Below are positions 55,560 to 64,000 of a stretch of DNA of 64,000 bases, one piece after another (the first letter of the stretch is position 1; every line of letters begins with the position of its first letter). The notes below the pieces were generated by a model. The model saw only the letters and a program-made list of their open reading frames with translations. It did not search any database and was not told the origin of the DNA. The stretch comes from Octopus vulgaris (taxonomy: Eukaryota): NCBI GenBank assembly GCA_951406725.2, contig OX597818.1:133672001-133736000 (forward strand). The letters are read 5' to 3'. Position numbers and translations under genes: made by a program.

Positions 55560-56047
55560 CTGGTACTTATTAATGGTTCTATAAGTAGATATGAGAGGCA
55601 GAGATAGCAAAATGAACTTCAGAGATTTTTGCTCAATGGATGATAAAAATATGAGCTAACTAAATCTTTTCTCCACTGATACCAATACCCTGATAACTAC
55701 ATCAATAACATTAAAACTTACAATAGTTGTAGCAACAATAACAACAGTTGCAACAGAAAAGAAACCCTCAGAAACAACACAAACAATCAATGATTCAGGA
55801 AGCGTCCTTAATATCAAAACACAGATCAGCCACCATTTTAATTTAAGCTCAAACCAAACTAATCAGACCCGTTCACAAAGAAGATGATTTTGTAATATAC
55901 ATTAAAAAAACTGCATTCAAATACTCAATGAAATGACTGATATTGTTGCAGTTCAAATATTCATTTGGTATTGATCTTTGTCGTTAAAGATATAATAATT
56001 ACTTTAATTTGTAAACTAATTGTAAACTAATGGTACATCTTTCTGTT

Positions 56048-57004
56048 TTAACTCTTTCGGCCCAGCTGGTACATATTTGTACCAGTCAAAAACTTTACAA
56101 CCCAAACCTTTAAAATTCCCATTTTATGTGATGCAGTATAGTACTGCTCTGTTTTTCCTGGTAAGTATGATTGGAGTGTATGACACTATAATGACGGCTT
56201 ACATGCATACAAACCCCTGCCATTAACAACTACTTTTAAGTTTGTTATTATTGATTCTCATGCTTTGGTAAATTATTTATAATATTTTCTTCACTATCAA
56301 CTCAGTACATGGTGGATATTTTATTTTGGCAACTCTCAAAAGAATGAAAAGCAAAGTTGACCTTGGCAGGATTTTGACTCTAACTGTAAAGAGCTGGATC
56401 TTCACTGTAAACACATTTACTTAATCATAAACATATTGTGCATAGTTTATAAGCATTGGATAGAAATATCCTTGCAACAATGTTGCAATACATATTTCTA
56501 AAAGTAAATAATTTTGAGTGCTACACACCTGTACCATTGTGGTTTTGTATAGGTACACACTTATACGATTGTAGTTTGTTGTATAACTAAGATTGTACCA
56601 ATTGTGTTATAAAACTGTTCTATAGAGAAACTTTCAGTATGTCAACTGAAATAAATACAGAGATTTTTACTTGAATATAAATAAATAGTTAAGATAAATA
56701 TCACGAAAATGTAACATAACTATTTTATTCTAGCAACTTATAGTATTTATGGTGTATTCATATTTTTTTCAGTTCTCACAATCAATTTGGCATAAGGAAA
56801 GCTTGATGGCACTGAAATAAATGGTACATGCAGGCCAGATTAGAAAACCTAAATAGTACAAATATGTACCAGACTAAAAATAGTGTCAACATAATTGGTA
56901 CCATCATAAACCATCTAATAAGCATCTACACTATATAGTTTTACCAAAATTTTAGAGAGAATGTAGTCAAATCTTGAGAAAAAATTCTGGGTTGAAATGG
57001 TTAA
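56048..57004. mobile_element. Old non-autonomous TTAA (piggyBac-like) element
   Basis: TTAA-CTCTTTCGGCCCAG versus CTGGGTTGAAATGG-TTAA; subterminal TGGTACATATTTGTACCA and GTACAAATATGTACCA motifs in inverted orientation. Confidence 0.65.
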
Positions 57005-57174
57005 AGCATTTGTTTTCTGAGAACATCACCTAATTGCCTAGCACCTTAACAACTGAAGCTTCCCACACAGTAATTTTGATCTGTAATACTACAAAGGCCA
57101 AAACAACTGTAAATTAACTAAGGGAATTTGATCAAGTTAATTATTTGTCAATTAAAAGACAACAACCATTATAT

Positions 57175-58520
57175 TATCATTACCATCATTGTTTAATGTC
57201 CATTTTCCATGCTGGCATAGGTTGGACGGTTTGACTGGAGACTGGCAAGCCAGGAGGCCACACCAGGCTCCAGTCTGATCTGGCAATATTTCTACAACTG
57301 GATGCCCTTCCTAACACCAACCACTCCGAGAGTGTAGTGGGCGCTTTTTATATGCCACCAGCACGGGAGGCAGTCAGGCGGCACTGGCATTGGCCACTTT
57401 CAGATACTGCTTTTTACATGCCACCGGCACAGGAGCCAGTCAGGCAGCTCTGGCAGTGACCCACTCATGAATTTTTGGTGCTTATTGCGTACCACCAGCA
57501 CTGGTAACAGCCGCAACTACAATTTCCATTTGATTGTGATTTGATATGATTTTGATTTTGATTTACTTGACTCAATATATCTCCCCAAACACAGAATGTC
57601 ACCCGATAATTCAAAGGTACTTTTTAGATGGGCTGGTTATGTGACACTGGTGTAGGCTATGGCTGTGATCTCACTTTCATTGCTGGGTTTTCTCAATCAC
57701 AGCATATCTCCAGAGGTCTTGGTCGTTCATCATTGGCTCTGTGAGGTCCAACATTCAAAGGTCATGCTTTACCACCTCATTGCATGTCTTCCTGGGTCTC
57801 TCTCTTCCACGGGTTCCTTCCACTGTTAGGGAGTGACACTTCTTCACATAGCTCTCCTCAACCATATATAGCACATGACCATACCCACACAGTCATCTCT
57901 CTTGCACACTATATCTGATACTTCTTATGTCCTCTCAGGGCACTTTCACTCTGTCGTGTGTGCACACTGACATTACACATCCAACGGATCATACTAGTTT
58001 CATTTCATTTGAGCCTACACATGTCCTCAGCAGTCATTGCCCATGTTTCACTGCCATGTACAATGGCAGTTTGCACACATGCATCATACAACCTACCTTT
58101 CACTCTGAGCAAGAGGTCCTTTGTCACCAGTAGAGATAGGAGGTTTCTGAAATTTTTCCCAGGCTACTCTTATTCTAGTGGCAACACACTCTGAGCATCC
58201 ACTCCCACTACAGACTTGGTCACCTAGGTAGTGGAATCAATCAACTACTTCTAGTTACTCCCCCTGGCATGTGATGGAATCAGTTTTCTGAGCATCAGCA
58301 GTGTTTATTGCACCTGTGCATCTGCCGCACACAAAAGCTATCTTCCCAGCTTACACTGGGTACATCTTATGAAATTTCTACCTACACCTTTTCTACAGAT
58401 CGAGCAGGGCCATCTACCTGAAGGGTTTTGTGATGTGCTCGTCTTCCTACTTACTAGGACTTTGGGTTTTGCAACATTGACTCTAAGGCCCTTCAATTCT
58501 AAAACTTGCTTCCACACCTG
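57175..58520 (-). mobile_element. 5'-truncated RTE-type LINE (RT C-terminus, Cys-rich insert, 3' UTR)
   Basis: QVWKQVLELKGLRVNVAKPKVLV...RWPCSICRKGVGRNFIRCTQCK...FVCGRC...FHYLG...RIRVAWEKF...LYDACVQTAIVHGSETWA...YGHVL...RPRKT; stops and frameshifts. Confidence 0.9.
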
Positions 58521-61180
58521 ATAATTGATTAAAAATACAAAAATTACACAAATATTCAACAAAATGACAGATATTGTTGCAGTTCAAATATTCATTGTTT
58601 TTTGTTGTCGTTGTTATTAAACATATAATAATTACGTTAATGTGTAAAAATCAACAATAGTTATTTATTTTTATTTTTATTTTTATTTGTCAGCAGTTAT
58701 ATGTTTTTTAGTTATTTGTCAACCTTGTTAGAATCAAAGAGGGAAAGAACAAGAGAAAACATTTATCTTCATCTGCTGTACAAAATTCTTTCTTTATCCT
58801 GACCATCATCTACAACTAAACAAGGGAGCTCAATCTAGCAAGGAGACCTTTATATGACCACTAAACTACTAGAAATAACAGTCAAATCTCCTTCAAATCA
58901 CACGTTAACTTAAAGATGTAATAGACAATGTAGTTCTAGATATATAAAAAATAGTTACAGATGGAAACCTGTTGATCATAAGTCTAGCTGATCAGGGTTG
59001 AGATGGGGCAAAACAGTAACAATTCTTGAATTTCTATAACCCATTTTTGTGCAGTGCTACTTAAAGTGAAAATTCAAGATTGGTAGGAAGAATCCTGATA
59101 ACATTCAGAACAAGAGCACAAGTGTTTGTACTTTTTCTCTGGGGGATATTTGCACTCATCTAAATTATTGATCCCATCTATGATCACTATATACCGCTGA
59201 GCCCTGCCACACTATTGAACCAAAGGCAATGTAAAGGAACTACACACGAAAAAAAAATCTGGATCCAAGCATCAGATGACTGATTGGGAGAGGTTGAAAG
59301 CTTTGAAGTTATATTCCTGGCAATAAAGAAATTAACTATAATAATCATTTATATTTGGAAAGTTTTCAAAAAACTGGTACCAAATTTTGGCATTCAAAAT
59401 GATGCAAATCCACAAACAAGGTGCCATTGTGTAGCTTCAAAACTACTGCCTTCTTCCTTTCATATGAGAAAAAGGTACTGCAATTGTAACAATCTGGGAT
59501 TCCAAAGTCCACAGATCCATCCTCAAAGTTCACCCTTAAAATCCAAGGAATACACACAGAAGGGGATATCAACAATTACAAAACTAATTGGACATGCAAC
59601 AGTGCAACAAACTCTAAGAAACCTAAAATAATTGGGGACTGGAAGGTGTCTAGTTATGAAGCACTACCTCAGAAAACCTGTCCAATCCAAACTAGCATGG
59701 AAAAACAGAAAACACGTAAAACAATGATGATGGTAATGACAATGATGATGAAGAGGAGGAGATGGAGAGTTACTGTATTACAATGCAGTAACTCCTCATC
59801 TCCTCCTCTTCATAACTCTACATAATTCTACTTGCCCTACTCTGTCTAGGTTACATGTGCTAACTGAGTGATTGATAGTAGGAAGGTTAAACAAACTGTA
59901 TTTACTGCAGACACAAATATAACCCACAATAAAAAAACCCACAAATATCCAAATTTGCAAAACTATAAAATTAAAATATAAACAGAAGTCAGGAGTCAGT
60001 GACAGAAAGGCATAGGAAAGAGGTTAAGACATCTTAAAAGGTATCTTCATAATGTGAACCCCAATAAGTTTCTAACTATTTTCATCTATTCAATGTTTGG
60101 ATGAATGTCCTTGATTACAAGACTTCCCAGAAATATCTCCCTGTATTTTCAGACAACTGTGTGACTATCGGGGATTTTTTTTGGGGTTTTTTTTTTGAGA
60201 TATTAACAACTGAATTGACTATTTTGGTTCTTGGCAGTGTTATTTTCCTCACTGAAGATATTATATATATTTTTTTGTTACTGTGTGCATTTTTAAAGGT
60301 CGGTAGGCATTGTTGATGAAGATTCAAATAATTGCCATAACAATCCCTTCCTTATTAAATTTCATCTGGTTTTCATTTCAACTTTTACATTCTAAACTAA
60401 CCGAACATTTTAAGAAGTGGAATGCAAAAATTATAATTTTCACTTCTTCGTCCAGTGTGCATCATCCATTCTCATCACATGTCCAGACAACTGTGTTAAT
60501 AATGACATGTGATGAGAATAGCTGATGCAGGCTGAGAAGCCAACAACAAAGAAGACAAGTCCTGGGAGCCGTTAGTGAAACACTAGTCAGGCAGAACTAA
60601 ACCGAAGAAAGCATCAGATAAAGGAAACGATGATGGTAGGAATAAAAGGGAGAAGAAATATTTTGCAGGCTCACACAGCTCATGTCAGTATAAAGAGTGG
60701 GGAGAGACAAGAGACATTCAACTGAAGAGGATGATAATGATAATCCTGACAGCACCAATACACTCATACAGTTGAAGATGATGGCGATAATAATGTTTGG
60801 AAATTCTAATTATTAGTAAAAAAAAAAATTAAAATCAAAAGATGAAAATTATATTTTAAAAATATGACTTAAAACCATTTTCTTTCTTTTTGCTATTTTC
60901 TTTTTGTGGAATAATAAAGGGTTACATTCTTTGACTTCTAAAACCAACTGAATATTTTCCAATGCACCAATAGTTATTTAATCAACTCACCAACTACAAG
61001 CTGACTAACTTGATCCCACAAACTTGGGAACATTTTGTTTTGCTGTACACACCTATTACCATCTCGCAAACAGCATTCCTTGCTCTCCTAGGATGCCTAA
61101 TCTTTGAAAAAGCCCCTCACCAACCAACACCATTCTGAAATTTACTTCATGTCAAATATTGTATTTTATATTTAATATGC

Positions 61181-61340
61181 AAGCATGACTGTATGGCTAA
61201 GAGGTTCACTTTTTGAGTGATGTGGTTTTGGGTTCAGTTCCACTGTGTGCCACCTTAGGCAAGTGTCTTCTACTATAGCCCCAGACCAACCACAGCTTGT
61301 GAGTAATATTGGCAGATAGAAACTGAAAACAAACCCATCA
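61181..61340 (+). mobile_element. SINE family A 5' half
   Basis: GGGTTCAGTTCCACTG...CAAGTGTCTTCTACTATAGCCC; ends in (TA)n followed by unrelated fragments. Confidence 0.75.
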
Positions 61341-61347
61341 CATATAC

Positions 61348-61387
<40 letters not shown>

Positions 61388-61801
61388 GTATATGTATATG
61401 TAAAAAAATACAAACTGGGACAAGAACGCAAAACATTTAGAAGACGATACAAAAAACACGGACGGGACATTCGTCGAAGCCTTCAATCTTCAGTCAAGAA
61501 CCGGATCATCTTCACAATTTCGGCTGATTAATCTATATATATATATATAAAACAGTACTGGAGGATAAGAAACGGGACGAAGCGACGAATCGAAACGAAC
61601 CCGACGTGAAGGCGCTGTCAGACAATAGTGTAATAAATAAAATATATGCATACATACAAACATATATGTACGTACCTACATCTACATGTATATATACATG
61701 CATATATAAATATATATACATGAGTACAGGACACCACAACTAGATGTAGAACTCAACGAGAAACGAAAATGGAAAAGCCATTTTTTTACAACAGAAAAAC
61801 A

Positions 61802-61843
<42 letters not shown>

Positions 61844-62302
61844 GTGTGTCTGAATGCATGTGCACATGTGCATTTGTTTACATTTTCCACTTGTTTATTC
61901 GAAAGGACATCATCAGAGTAGCATTCTGCTCCCTTATCCTCTGCCAACAAATTGCTTGCTCACTTTGTGCTGAAATAAGAAACCTCTTACATAAGGGAAA
62001 AAAAAAAAAAAAAGGCAAGGATTAGGAGCAGGAAGGACACCTGGCTATAAACAGTGTGCTTCAATAACATAGCCATCTAACCCATGCTAGCATAGAAAAA
62101 TGGAAGCGAAACAAATGAATGAATGAACATCATACATGAACACACACATACATATGCATGTACACACACAAACACACACATACATACATACATGTTGAAG
62201 CAGATTTCTTTTGTCTTTTTTAGTATTTATTGTTTTCCTCAGAGAATATTTCATATTCACACACACACACACACATAGTTACACACACCCAGACCCACAT
62301 GC

Positions 62303-62371
<69 letters not shown>

Positions 62372-62896
62372 CTATATTGCCCACAAGGAGCTAAACATAG
62401 AAGGGACAAACAAAGACAGACAAAGGGATTAAGTCGGTTAGATTGACCCCAGTGCGAAATGGGTACTTTATTTATCGACCCCGAAAGAATGAAAGGCAAA
62501 GGCGACCTCGGCGGAATTTGAACTCAGAACGTATAGGAGGAATTATGCTAAAAACAAGTTTATATCACTTGTTCCTACATATGTTTCACCATTGTGGTTA
62601 TTTGCAACTTTTGCATTGAATGTTTCAAGTGCAGTTGGATACTGAACCATAACAGTAAAATGTACGTAAGAAACAAATGATATAGACTTGTGTTTATCAT
62701 GATTTCTCCTACATTTTCTCTGTATATCATGACTAATAATACTACTAAGTAAAGTAGTAACCAAACCACGATAATGGAAGTGAAGTTGTTGGTGATAATC
62801 TACATGGAGCTCTAATCTCAACAGTAACAGTTATACATGTAACTGTACACATAAGACATGCACATGTGTGTGTGTATGTGTGTGTAAGACCTACCC

Positions 62897-63219
62897 GTGA
62901 GGGCGCGTGGCTTAGTGGTTAGGGCATTCGGCTCATGATCGTAAGGTTGTGAGTTCGATTCCCGGCGACGCGTTGTGTCCTTGAGCAAGACACTTTATTT
63001 CACGTTGCTCCAGTCCACTCAGCTGGCAAAAATGAGTTGTACTTGTATTTCAAAGGGTCAGCCTTGTCACTCTCTGTGTCACGCTGATTATCCCCGAGAA
63101 CTACGTTAAGGGTACACGTGTCTGTGGAATGCTCAGCCATTTGCACGTTAATTTCACGAGCAAGCTGTTCCGTTAATCGTATCAGCTGGGACCCTCGTCG
63201 TCGTAACCGGCGGAGTCTT
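62897..63219 (+). mobile_element. SINE (C-type core, B-type tail), full length with TSD
   Basis: TGGCTTAGTGG (A box), GAGTTCGATTCCC (B box); TSD TAAGACCTACCC at 62885-62896 and 63220-63231. Confidence 0.93.
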
Positions 63220-63504
63220 TAAGACCTACCCACTACTACAGAATCGAGATCCTAAAACCAATGTGTCACACAAAAAGCACTGGTGCTGGTGTCATGTAAA
63301 AAGCATTGGTAATAGTGATATGTGAAAAGCACCCGGTACACTCCATGAGTGGTTGGCATTAGGAAGGGCATCCAGCTATAGAAACCACACCCAAACAGAC
63401 TATCGAACCTGGTGTGGTCTCTGTTCTCACCAGTTCCTGTGCTTTTTACATGCCACTGGCACAAGGGCCAGCCAGGCAGTACTGGCATCGACCAGTATTG
63501 TTAC

Positions 63505-63763
63505 ATATCATTGGTCACAATGCATTTCTGCACATTACTGAAGCTTTCAAATGATGCCACTCTACTGGCTAGGCACACACATTGACATTCTCCCCTGAAT
63601 GGAAAGCCAGTCCGCTACAGAACATTTACAGTTGAGTGGACTGGAGTAACATGAAATGACATGTTTTGCTCAAGAACAAAATCCATCAATGGCCTGGGAA
63701 TTGAAACTATGATCTTGTAATCATTAGTGTAACACTCCTAAGCACTAGGCCACATGCCTTCAC
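63505..63763 (-). mobile_element. Old SINE (C-type head and core, tail like 43858 copy)
   Basis: TGGTCACAATGCA...TTCAAATGATGCCAC...CTGGCTA shared with 43912-43969; core shared with 1135-1265. Confidence 0.7.
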
Positions 63764-64000
63764 ACACACACACACACACACAATCTTTTCATTTATTTCA
63801 CCTATCAGTCTGAAAAATCAGTACCAAAAGTAGTATCCTTTCAAGCAAGGTGGGTGTATCCTTTTCACATTATGAAAGAAACTCAGTAATTTATTGAAAA
63901 AAAAAAAGAAAGAAACAAAAGAATAATGAAATTAACTCAATTCAACTGAATCAATATCATTCAAACTGAAGACTAGCAGTAAATGACCTACCCCCAGTAG

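Noticed and set aside
59284-59631. 115-aa non-repetitive ORF
   Set aside because: TTG start and no recognisable motif; probably chance or old TE debris.

Overview
AT-rich, repeat-saturated eukaryotic non-coding DNA (intergenic or a very large intron). The SINE families and microsatellite load point to an octopod cephalopod (Octopus-like); this is inference from recognisable repeat sequences. No intact host protein-coding gene is supported, and nearly all ORF-track entries are translations of simple repeats. The window holds four or more tRNA-type SINE families (some with target-site duplications), RTE-type and R4/Dong-type LINE remnants, and decayed DNA transposons (piggyBac, two mariners, maT/DD37D, Tigger/pogo, hAT- and TTAA-type MITEs, non-autonomous Helitrons). 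The most notable structure is at about 15.1-21.5 kb: Penelope-like retroelement (PLE) pieces sit inside (TA)n arrays, with three consecutive long palindromes (arms about 120-270 bp), a GIY-YIG endonuclease remnant and several minimal hammerhead-ribozyme motifs, two of which show compensatory stem changes.
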